DNA of 64,000 bases from Octopus bimaculoides (Eukaryota), in the NCBI RefSeq assembly GCF_001194135.2, contig NC_069003.1, positions 35,696,679 to 35,760,678 on the forward strand, given 5' to 3'. The notes under the pieces are model-generated. The model was not told where the DNA came from. It did no database searches and saw only the letters and a program-made list of their open reading frames with translations. The stretch's first letter is position 1, and each line of letters starts with the position of its first letter. A program made the position numbers and the translations under genes. Shown here piece after piece: positions 24,980 through 36,000 of this stretch.

Positions 24980-25402
24980 TTGAAACTTGCACAAACAGCA
25001 GAACGGGGTGCCACTGCATGGTGCCACTGCATGGTGCCACTGCATGGTCCCACTGCATGGTGCCAAAGATCCCAGCACCACCATCAAAATACAGGATCAG
25101 ATACTGCAACAGCTTGGGTTTCAAGGGCTCACAGCTCTTCGATGTCCTTCCAAAATGTATGAGAGACCTACATGGTGTGGATGTAGGTACGTTCAAAACA
25201 AACCTGGATTTCCTCCTGTGAAAGGATCCAGATGAGCCTACCTCACAGCAGGAAACACACTTGAGGGCAGCAGCATCAGACACCCTCATTCATCAAATGC
25301 CACATATCAGAGGAGGTTTCAAATAATGGTGTAGCACACCCAACACTGGTGCCCCAGCACAACCGCAGCTTTAAAACTGAAACGATTTAAAGAGGTAAAG
25401 AG
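24980..25402 (+). mobile_element. CR1/L2-group LINE 3' end (ORF2 C-terminus and UTR)
   Basis: HCMVPKIPAPPSKYRIRYCNSLGFKGSQLFDVLPKCMRDLHGVDVGTFKTNLDFLL*..PDEP fits the LFN.LP..LR....FK..LD.FL...PD pattern; contains 4 tandem copies of 13-bp GTGCCACTGCATG (25008-25059); UTR ends CTGAAACGATTTAAAGAGGTAAAGAG. Confidence 0.8.
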
Positions 25403-26055
25403 TTTATATATATACTGATAGACAATCGTACTCAACACTATTTCTTATGCCTATGTCCAGGGAAAGAATTACACTAATATGCATCTGCACGTCCACCCCT
25501 TTCTCCATTCTTAACCCACCCCATAGGACAACATTTTCCGTTTGTTCCACCCTATCCTTTCTCTTCTGTAATTCTTCCTTTTTGAATCGATTCGTTGTTT
25601 CTCTTTATTTATACTTTATTTTTAATTTCTTTCCGTTTGATGAAGGACTAATAACCGAAATGTTAACACTTTAATTTTCCATTGATATGCGGTCTAACTT
25701 CGTGTTTCCTGTGTTGTTTATCTTTATATATATCTTTATACTTCACATAAACATAGACACACACACACACACACATACACGTGTGAAGTGTATACACATA
25801 TATATAGTTTAGTAGTAATCAATTCTCATCTTTAATATTGGTCTATAAAATAATTTCGTAAGAGGAAAGAAAGCATGGAAAGGTAACATTGTGCCCGATG
25901 TATTTGCGTAGTTAGTGAAAGGGACCAAGGATAATCATTGCTGAAAATCTAGAGATACTGCGGACAAGGAAGTAAACTTTGCGCCTTCTGCTCCAAATTA
26001 ATTAACGAAATTTAAAGTATCAAATACTCTCAAAATGAATATCTGAGTCAGTGTG

Positions 26056-26097
<42 letters not shown>

Positions 26098-26321
26098 CGC
26101 GGTGTGTGTGTGCATGCACGCGATTGCACATACACAGGCATATACATATATATATATACATTAATTATTTTGGACTAGTATATGAGTTTGGAATAAGGCG
26201 ACAGTCCTGCAGTATTGTCCCCGCGCCCGGGATCGGTAAAATAAATATTATTTAAATGCTAGAGTTGATGTAATCGATTAGTCCCTTCTCCCGAACTTGG
26301 TGGCCTTGTGCCATTCGACAT

Positions 26322-28330
26322 TTGATAGTTTCAGGCAGATTTCTACCGCATCGTCTGGTACAGTTCCGTGTTGCTGAGGTATGTAAAGAAGGAAATTTAT
26401 TATATTACTCGTGATTTTAAACGAATTTTCGTATGTCGTCATTCGTTGTTTCAAAATATTTGGCTAACCCAAATGTGCTGTAAGAAAGTCCAAACTGGAT
26501 CAAAGCTCGACTTCCATGGGCTATGGGAAGGTAAAGACGTTCCACGGCTGCATTTGAGTGATGCATCTTACCACATATCAGCAGCTTATGAGCTATTCCA
26601 TTAACTGTCTTTATTTCATTAATATTCCAGTTCAACACTTGGAATCTATAAGACAATTAAAACTGCTAAGTAATTTATGGTTAACACCTAGTTATGTATA
26701 ATTAGCTCAGACTTCAGAACTACTTGTAGTCTCTTATATCTTCCCGATCTTCTCTTTCATGTTTGCCTGTTGAATGCCAGAGCCTTTGATTATTCCTAGG
26801 TATTTGTCAGTTTCTTCCTGTTCAAGTTCTTTTGTAACTGTGTCAACATCTAACTTGACTCAATTTAAATTTATCAATTTCCCTTTCTCGAAAGTGACCT
26901 TGGGACGCTTATCAAAACAAACTCTATCCCGAATGCTTTGCTTTCACAGCACGTAATAGGCCTTCAAGTTCATCTTTGTCTTTGGCATACAGTTTTAAGT
27001 CATCCATATAAGGTAGATGGCTTATTTTCTTGTCAGTTTTATAACCATACGCTGTTCTGTTAAGTTCACTTGTTAGCGGTACTAAAAGCTGTGCAAAAAA
27101 TTAGAAGTAAAAGCGAATCACTTCGGAAAATTCAATAGTTGATGCTAATACTGTTTTAATCGAGTTCTCCATTAGAATCATAATTGGAGAGAGTATTCCA
27201 CAATGACGTATTTTGCTTCAGAAAGTTTGAAATTACAGAAGAAAATGTGTAGATGTCCAGCGACTTCAGAATCCATGAATACGATATGCTGTCATGCAGA
27301 ACTGGGATTTCTGCTCTTGCTATGACAATTCTCAAAGATGATGCGATTGATTAAGAGCTGGTCTTTGCTGCCATATGAGCCTCATAGGCACGCTTTTGGT
27401 TCAGTGAGGGAAAATTGTTCTCTTTCATAAGTGCATGTTTTTTGCATGAGAATAGATGTTAATATTTTATAACTGGTGGGTAATTAGGTAATGGGCCGAT
27501 AGCTTTTTAGCTTTGATTTCATTATTCTTTGGAAGTAGGGATGCTATACCACTTGCTATCCATTCGGGTATTTTCTCGAGAAATCTCATAATTTCATTGA
27601 TCAGCGGGACTAACTTCCCGTGTGCGCACAAGGGAGATGATGCAGAAATTTAGCACCCTATCTATACTGGGGGATTTCCACTTATGAACCTTCATGGGTT
27701 TCATCCTTAGCTCTCCTATTGAGATATCTTCCCATGCTTGTTCTTGTAAACTTTGGTAGGATCATTATATGCGTTTAATCCAATGTGGATTTTCATTGTA
27801 CGCCTTCTCATCACTCCAAATCTTTTTCTAAATTTTTCAAGTTCTTATATGAGAGGTAGTGGGAATCTTTAATGGTTATCGTCTTCACTATTTTGCTGAA
27901 GAATATTTTGGCTGGATGTGAATAGCTTATTATGCTTGTCAAAATTGTTTCTTTTCTCAAATCTTCGAATTCTTTGAGCTTTTGCTTGGACATTTTGTTT
28001 CAATGTTTCGTTGATATCAGTTTTTCTCTTGATGAAAATCCACATTTTCTCTTCATCTTTCTTCCTTTTCTAGTAATTACATCATTTCCAGAGATTAGTT
28101 CATTTAATATCGATATTTCCTCTCATTAATTCATTCACATTTTCAATGTTGCTTCTCCAGTGTGGCTTCCTCTTCAAGTTTGATTATCGTTGTTTTTCTA
28201 TTGTCTTAGCAGATACGTAATTAATCCCATTTAACTCAATAAGATCAGGTTTTAGCTTTTGTATGATTTCTTTTGTTACACAGTTGCCACTCTATCATTC
28301 ATACTTGTATGTCTTACAACTCCAACCTCA
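26322..28330 (-). mobile_element. R4/Dong-like retrotransposon with decayed RT domain and internal deletion of CCHC/RLE
   Basis: ISHLPYMDDLKLYAKDKDELEGLL with YMDD at 27010-26999; PEWIASGIASLLPK upstream; EETDKYLG..MKEKI and HHSNAAVERLYLP..GSRALIQ downstream; joins a 3' UTR at about 26395-26322. Confidence 0.92.
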
Positions 28331-28820
28331 TTTTTTTTGTAGGTGTTCTACCTTCACATTAGCACCAATCTGTTCTAGAGATGTTGGTAGTTGAGTGCTG
28401 ACACATGCAAGTGCAGCAATTACTATTTGTATCACGTCTGCTCTCCACATTATTTGCCAATTTCGAACATTTGCTAACGATGTACCATGCCGTTTCACCC
28501 CTCTCACCACACATTCTTCAAACGACTGCAATTTTGAAAAAGACTTGAAAGTGCATATTCTCAGAAAATATTCCGAATCTGATACACTTTCAATACTCAA
28601 AATGCATGAGGAGAAATATGTTTGCAGGTTATTAACATCAGGCTATGGAGGAATGAATAATATGACAAGAGAACTTCGTCAATTTTATACAAAACTATTT
28701 GATTAAATATTCTTCTTCTTTTTCCTTTTCCTTTTTCTTTCCTTTCCTTTTTCGGCTTCTTTTTCCAGTTGTAACATTGAAATTGAAGACTGATGATATT
28801 ATTCCATAAACGTGCGAACA
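28330..28820 (+). mobile_element. Probable Penelope-like GIY-YIG C-terminal fragment with degenerate hammerhead core
   Basis: HSSNDCNFEKDLKVHILRK..LKMHEEKYVCRLLTSGYGGMN resembles the GIY-YIG end (H......IL......E..I..L.T..P.G.N); CTGATGA at 28790-28796 followed by AAACGTGCG. Confidence 0.5.
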
Positions 28821-28899
28821 CTGGTTGCTCTCGTTCATATTTTAGATTTGAATTTCTATAATTTTGACTTTTTATCACTTTTCATTTCGAACTCGACAA

Positions 28900-29982
28900 A
28901 AAGAACCGTACTGTTGAAATATCGTTCAATCAATAAAGTATGTATGGATCAATTAGAAAGCTTTTGTTTTTCTTGATGATCTCTGACAACTAAATCCGGC
29001 TTATTGGCCTTAATTCCTCTATATGTGTATATTGGCATAGTATGGTTGCTTTCATATTTTCTGTGACCTTTTCTGTCGTGTGCCTATACCATCTTTTCTC
29101 TGTTATTCCATTGTGTTGGCATAGCTTCCAGTGTATATAGACCCCAACTCTGTCGTGTCTATGAATATATACCTTCTTAGCCAGGACTGGGCAGCCAGAG
29201 ATAATATGATTTATTGTTTCTTGTCCATCTCCACATATTCTGCAGTTAGTTGTATTTCTTTTCACCACATGTTTACGGTAATTTTTGCTGGGGAGGCTTT
29301 GGTCTTGAGCTGCAATTAAAAATCCTTCAATCTCTGCACTGAGTCCTGAGCTTCTCAGCCATTGTTGGGGTTTTGCTTTATCTATTTCTTTTCTCTTTAT
29401 TTTAACCCAGTATTTACCATGAAGGGGCTTTTCTTGCCATCGTTTTATCATGACCTGTTGTTGTTCCAGTTTTATATTGGATTTCAGTTGTTTTACAGTT
29501 TTTGTTGTCTCTTCTTTTTTTTCATGGTTGTTAGGTATTATGACTTCGTTTTTTGTATGTGTCAGCTTCCTTAATGGCTGTTTGTATTAGTTTTCCTTGC
29601 TTATGACGTAAGTACTTCTGCAGTCCTATGGTGGTTACTTTGTAATAGTTTTCTAGCTGTATAAGGCCTCTACTACCTTCCATACGTTGTATATATAACC
29701 TTTCTATGTCAGATTTTGGGTGGTATATCCTAGATCCTGTCATTATTTTTCTTGTTTTCCTGTCTATTTTGATTATTTCATTTAATGTCCAGTTAAGGAT
29801 ATTGTAGCTTTAACTTATAACTGGGAAGGCTAGAGTGTTGATACATATCTTGTTTTTCCCATTGAACCCTGTTTTCAGTATTAATCTAACACGTCTATAG
29901 TATTATTTTCTTAGCTCCTCTTTTCATTTCTGTGTGCTGTATCGTATCTAGTTCATTGATTCCTAAGAATTTGTACGTCTGG

Positions 29983-29983
<1 letters not shown>
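28900..29983 (-). mobile_element. R4/Dong-like retrotransposon, RT end to RLE (5'-truncated)
   Basis: Starts right after (AAT)n 29984-30024; TYKFLG, YHPKSDIERLYIQRMEGSRGLIQLE, EIEGFLIAAQDQSL, CCHC knuckle CRICGDGQETINHIISGC (29243-29191), RHDRV, WYRH. Confidence 0.93.
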
Positions 29984-30024
<41 letters not shown>

Positions 30025-30514
30025 GCCTTTGCACAGATTCTAGCGCTGGAGATGTATTACAGTGTTAGCCGTTCACTGCCAGTGAACTAAGGTAACACCC
30101 CTTATTTTTCAGGCACCTTCCGGAGTATTCGAGGGTTTCAAGTAGTGCTGTTTTCTGCAATTTCTCCACCTTTATTGCAGCCCGTATTTGTTCCACGTAC
30201 TTCTCGAGATTTTTGCTCACTGTTCCCAAAGCTCCGACAATTATTGGTACTACTGCTACTTTTTTCACCGACCACAACTGCTTAACTTCCCAAGCTAACC
30301 TGTCATATCTCTCAACTTTTCTTTCTTCCTTATCGCATACCTTGTCAGCTGGGTATGCTATATCTATGATCCATTATTTTTTTGTTTTCCTTCTCAATTA
30401 AGGCTATGTCTTGGTACATACAGTCTGTCTGTGTCACTTTTTGGGTGGAGTGACACATATCTAGTTAGCAACTATCTAGTTAGCGAGTACCCCTGCTCCA
30501 TATCTAAGGAGTGA
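30025..30514 (-). mobile_element. R4/Dong-like retrotransposon, internally deleted, (AAT)n on both sides
   Basis: HPKSDTDRLYVPR thumb piece fused to WIIDIAYPADKVCDKEERKVERYDRLAWEVKQLWSVKKVAVVPIIVGALGTVSKNLEK..LQKTALL; UTR ends GTGCAAAGGC+(AAT)n. Confidence 0.9.
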
Positions 30515-30621
<107 letters not shown>

Positions 30622-30871
30622 CTTTAATTCTCAAGACTGATTAGTAAGCGTAAAACTACAAAGTTGGCTTTGTAAATGTACAGGGGCAACTAACAAAACT
30701 GATCAAGTTCACTTAATACTATATAGGAACGTGAGTAGAATTTATATATACACGCACACTTACACATATATGCGCATACACAAATCATATATACATCCAT
30801 ACACACACATGCGCATAAACACACACGCATGTATATATGCACATAGACATTTATATATGTACATATACATA

Positions 30872-31020
30872 GTGGAGGCGCGCAGCTTAGTGTTTAGGCA
30901 AATGCATTCATACATAAGATCGTGGGTTCGATTTCTGGAGCGGTCGATGCGTTGTGTTCACGTTGTTTTAGTCCACTCAGGTGGTAAAAAAGAGTTATAC
31001 TCCGTTAGACCGACGTACCG
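30872..31020 (+). mobile_element. tRNA-derived SINE family C fragment
   Basis: GGAGGCGCGCAGCTTAGTGTTTAGG (A-box-like), GGGTTCGATTTCT (B-box-like), then GATGCGTTGTGTTC..GTCCACTCAG; body differs from families A and B. Confidence 0.65.
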
Positions 31021-31689
31021 TCCGGGCGGAGGTAATTATATACGGCACAGAATTCTTTAAAAAAAGGCCTCATGGCTCCGGAACGGTTTTGATCTCTACT
31101 ATTGATTATATTAAATATTATATTCATTAGAACTAACTTGACATTGTAAAAGAAAACTATGGAACCTGTTGCATGTGTCTATTCCCTGCTATTAACAGAA
31201 ATGTCCGTTTTAGGTTTTCAAAAATGACGAAAATACTATTCATGACGACATACATTCAAATAAAATTTGAAACAGGTTAATATTCCGAATTTACTTTATA
31301 TGTCCTTTCAGAAAAGAGTGGTCATCGCCAGGCCACTGACAAGGAATTAGTACGACTCCTGTAGGTGGGCTTCGTAATCTTTATGTGATCTGAACCTGGT
31401 GCCTCTAAGTATATAATGTTTAATATCCAGAATAGAGCTACACAATACTTTTTCTCATAAGCGTCCGGTTCATTCTTCTTTATTCCAGGCTTCATACGTA
31501 CTAGAGTTGCAGAGCAAATATAGTGTATGAAAGAATGCTTGGTTAATATATTCACGTGTAAAGAATTATTGAATGTATCAATAAATATATGAAACTCAAT
31601 TTCTAAAACAGTCATGACTGCAAATTTGCGTGGTCTGTAGGAGTCGATTATGCAGAATTTAGTACCTTATGTTAGTACTCTTAATTTTC

Positions 31690-31830
31690 TAACCACATAA
31701 TTCAGGGTTCAGTCCCAGTGCCTTAACCTTCTACAAGTGTCTTCTACTATAACCTCGCACCAATTATAAAGCCTTGTGAATGGATTTGGTATACGGAAAA
31801 TGAAAGAACGCTATCATGTATGTGTGTGTG
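31690..31830 (+). mobile_element. SINE family A, decayed 5' half
   Basis: AACCACATAATTCAGGGTTCAGTCCC...CAAGTGTCTTCTACTATAACCTCG...AAAGCCTTGTGAATGGATTTGGTATACGGAAAATGAAAG then TG repeats. Confidence 0.8.
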
Positions 31831-31836
31831 GATGTA

Positions 31837-31890
<54 letters not shown>

Positions 31891-31964
31891 GTAAAATATA
31901 CAGATGTATATTTATATATATATATATATATATGTATATGTTAATATTTCTAAACCTCTCTAAA

Positions 31965-32220
31965 GGAGACTACGGTAGCAGTACTGGATATTTATAGTTA
32001 TCGCCAAGCTAACAGGGCAGTTCAGGAAAATAGGACGAATGCTGCCGTTGGTCACCTCCGAGAGGTCATCGCCTCTAGCTAGCTATGTGACACACAAACC
32101 TGTGTCCAATGTATGTATGTATGTATTATGTATGTATGTATGTATGTATGTATGTATGTATGTATTATGTATGTATGTATGTATGTATGTATGTATGTAT
32201 GTATGTATTATGTATGTATG
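31965..32220 (+). mobile_element. Probable LINE 3' end with (GTAT)n tail
   Basis: GGACGAATGCTGCC..CACCTCCG..CGCCTCTAGCTAGCTATGTGACACACAAACCTGTGTCC directly followed by (GTAT)n from about 32111. Recognised from memory as a recurrent RTE-type tail; single copy here. Confidence 0.45.
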
Positions 32221-32662
32221 CGTGCCTGTGTGTGTGACAAAACTTTTTGCCAGAAAACGTTTCTTAAAACATAAATAGCCATATATATAAATGTTTAATA
32301 GTATAACTTGAGGAAAATATCTGATGAGTTCTTTAATGATATTTTGAATGTGCGTTTTTCTCATTTGTTTAATTCATAGATATAGCCACTTCCCTGATCA
32401 TGTTGAATCGTTGTGAACTCTTAATAATTAAATATCTCTCTTAGATGAACTAAAATTGTATTTCCTAGGTTTATGCGAGTGTTTATCTAATTACTACACA
32501 GCTGCTGGTATCTGCTCATGCCTATCAACTTATATTATTTCTCCAGTGGAACATTCTAATGGTATTTTTCCACACATTTCTAAGAACATTCAAAAGGTAC
32601 TTTTCCTCACATTCCATATGATTCATTTGAGTTGCATTGTTCCGGTAACTTTAATTCACATA

Positions 32663-33437
32663 CGAGGAGATACCCAAAAGCAACCGGAAACGTTAGGACC
32701 CTCAGATATCAGTCTGTCGACTGGCATCGTTGGATGAGGTCGTACTGCCATGTGATGCGTCTTTGTTTTGCAGCGCTCCTCCCCTGTTCGTCGATTTTTG
32801 CGATGGTTGAAATAAAGGAACGGCGAGCTTTCGTGAAATTCTGTTTTCTGCTGGGGAAAACGGAGGCTGAAACAGTTGTCATGCCTCAAGCAGTTTACAA
32901 GGACGCTGCCATGAGCAAAGCACAAGTTTACGAGTGGTTTTCACACTTTAGGAATTGTCACTTGTCGCTTGAAGACCAACTTCGTTCAGGGCGTCCGTCG
33001 ACCTCCCGAACGAATGAAAACATGAAAATTCATGAACTGATTTTCGTAGACCATCACCGAACAATTGACGCACTTGCTGATATGATTGGTGTATCCTGGA
33101 GCTCCTGCCAACAGATTTTGAGCGTGAAATAGCGAATGAAAAGTGTTGCAGTAAAAATGTCGTGCCTCAGTTTCTCAAAGAAGATGAAAAGCAGTCACAG
33201 CTGAATGCGTGTTGTGAACTGAACAGTTGGTCCAGACCTTTTATCGAAGGTCATCATTGGTAACAAAAGCTGGTGCTACAGAATTTGAAGATGTGGAAGA
33301 GGTGAAGAAAAACGACGAAGGCGTTAAAAGACATCACTTCGCAAACGTTCGGGTATTACTTCAAATGGAAGAAACATGTAAAACTAAAGGAATAAAATAA
33401 TATTACAAAATTCCGGTTTCTTTTGGGTATCTCCTCG
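32663..33437 (+). mobile_element. Mariner transposon, internally deleted, both TIRs intact
   Basis: 27-bp TIRs CGAGGAGATACCCAAAAGCAACCGGAA (32663-32689) and 33411-33437 (26/27 match); TA on the left, CA on the right; ORF 32803-33132 MVEIKERRAFVKFCFLLGK..QVYEWF..LEDQLRSGRPSTS; IGNKSW (TGDESW-like) remnant at about 33255. Confidence 0.95.
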
Positions 33438-34110
33438 CAAACATAAACTAGCACTCGAAATCGTTGTGCACCTTCAGTGGTTAACATTTTTTCTTAGAGA
33501 GACTAACATTGTACTATTCAGCTTATGTGTATTCATCAACTATATAAGGTTTGATATATATTCAAGCTTCACAGCTTCTATTTCCCAGGTGAGAACACTC
33601 GAAGGTTATTTCCGTGGCCTTGGTTCATTAATCGCTCTTGGATGATTTATATTTATCAAGTATTTATGAAATAGAGAGATAGAGGGAGAGAGAGAGAAAA
33701 TGTGTGGGTGAGGTTGTACGCGCGCGTTTGTGTTTTGATAAATCAGAGATTCTTGAATCCTTATAATTTTCTGGCACAGTAAGATGGGCCCTTGCACGAG
33801 ATTGCTGCATCGCTGAAGTATCAAATACAGTCTATCTTGCAGAGTTCTACAAATTTCCTCTACTTAATTTCACTCACAAGGCTAGGGTCTTCTCGAGACT
33901 ATGATAGCAGAAATTTGCTCAAGATGCAAATACACATACACAGGCACACGTATGCATTTGTGTCTGCGGAATGAATAGGTTGTAAAACGATCACTAATTG
34001 CATAAAACGTTGCATTAATGCTTTCTACTATAGGCACAGAACCTGAAATAGTAAATCAATTGGATATATTCAGAGGTATATATCCAACAACGACATAAAT
34101 AGTGAGAAAA

Positions 34111-34124
34111 GAGAGAGAGAGAGA

Positions 34125-34186
<62 letters not shown>
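34111..34186. repeat. (GA)n microsatellite
   Basis: Read directly. Confidence 0.96.
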
Positions 34187-34188
<2 letters not shown>

Positions 34189-34628
34189 TATGAAAGAAAA
34201 AGAAATATGAATGAAAAGAAAAAATGAGGAAAGAAAACGTGTGATTCACAGCATGTGTGAAAAAGTTAGACAGTGAAAGATTAAAAATACAGAAATAGAT
34301 TCGATTCATTGCCAATGTTTGACTATAGCGTTGCATCAATATCACATATTCAAACAAAGTAGAAAGAGTTTATGCTATTTCAAATTTTTGTGGAACTTCT
34401 TTTTACGTATTCTTCCATTCCAAGTTAGTGGCAAATGAAACAAAACGAAATATTATGGAAACTGTTATTTCTATCAAATTTAGAGTCCCAATCATGATGA
34501 GAATATTTTCCTTTCTATCCTCTGCTTAATACAAATAATCGGCGAATTTTATTTAAAAGATTCCGTCCTAAAATGATCAGAATAAACGTTTTCCAGTATC
34601 GCACGAATACTCTATTGTATGAATCTGT

Positions 34629-34675
<47 letters not shown>

Positions 34676-34685
34676 NNNNNNNNNN

Positions 34686-34724
<39 letters not shown>

Positions 34725-35957
34725 CACATATATATCTATATGCACATGTATGTGCATGTATATCTATATGCACTTGTATGCGCATATATATATGTATATA
34801 TATATCAGTAAAAAAATTTTAATGTATCATTAATCTTTAACCTTTAACTAACTGTTCATCATGTATGCATACAGGACAATAAGTATAAGGTCAAATTTCG
34901 TTATGTTACAAGTTTATACTGAATTAAATGGGGTTTGAGGGGAAACGGGGAAACAGAAAAAATACTGGGCAGTTACGTCCCTTTATTTTCTGGGTTCAAA
35001 TCCACTTGGTCTTTTGAATATATATTTCGGTATTGAGGAAGTATCAGCCATGTTTCAGTTCTAGCTATGCGATTATAATCCCGAAGAGAAAATGTTTGCC
35101 CTTATAGTAATGTCAGAAATAATTATCATATAAATCTAATGAGTTATTGCAAAATCAAACATCCATGTTCTTATACATGGAGAAGGTTTTACAATGTGTA
35201 CACATATACTGACATGCATACCCCTAACAATGCCTTCCCTCTTCTTTATCCTTCCTTCTCTCCTCTTCTTTCCTTGTCTATATGTGTGTGTATGTGTGTG
35301 TGTGTGTGTGTCTGTATGTGTTTGCAATCAGATATTCAATGAGGAGAAAAACCCCAATACATTTGGCAGAGAATATGTTTTCGTTTGAAATTGATTTACT
35401 CCACTGCTAATCAGAATGTCTTCCTTCCTGTTACCTTTCAGACGATATAAAGAGAGACAAAAATTGCAACACGAAAATACGATTTTTGTTGCCGCGCACT
35501 CAACGGTAAACTCTGAGTAACTATGCAAGCGAATACATTTCGAACACACGCACACGATACACGATACACACGCACACACACGTGCGAACACTCACACACT
35601 CACACGTACACACACACACACACATATACATATTTATAAATATAGAGCATGTGTTACAAGTATATAAGAGATTACACCCTTTTATATTACACTTTATGCC
35701 CACTTACTATATTATGTATATTTCATTTTGATTGCTGAAGCATTTACAGTATTCCACTTGATAAATAAAAATGGCGGTGTTCCAGCATGGCCAGTCCTAA
35801 AGGTCTCAAACTGGTATAAGAGTATTATGTGAGTGCGTGCGTGCCTGTGTGCGTGCGTGCGTGTGTATGTATCATCTATGTATCTGATATATATATAGGT
35901 ATATATATATATTGTTATATATATTAAATAATATGTTTATATATACACAGGCACACA

Positions 35958-36000
<43 letters not shown>

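Noticed and set aside
26322-29983. Apparent circular permutation of one Dong element
   Set aside because: Both pieces contain their own, different thumb region, so they are separate insertions.
32311-32362. CTGATGAG hammerhead-like cores at 32321, 50191 and 11820, and look-alikes at about 48450 and 49470-49510 (minus)
   Set aside because: They lack a correctly placed GAAA or a pairable stem II/I; expected by chance in AT-rich DNA.
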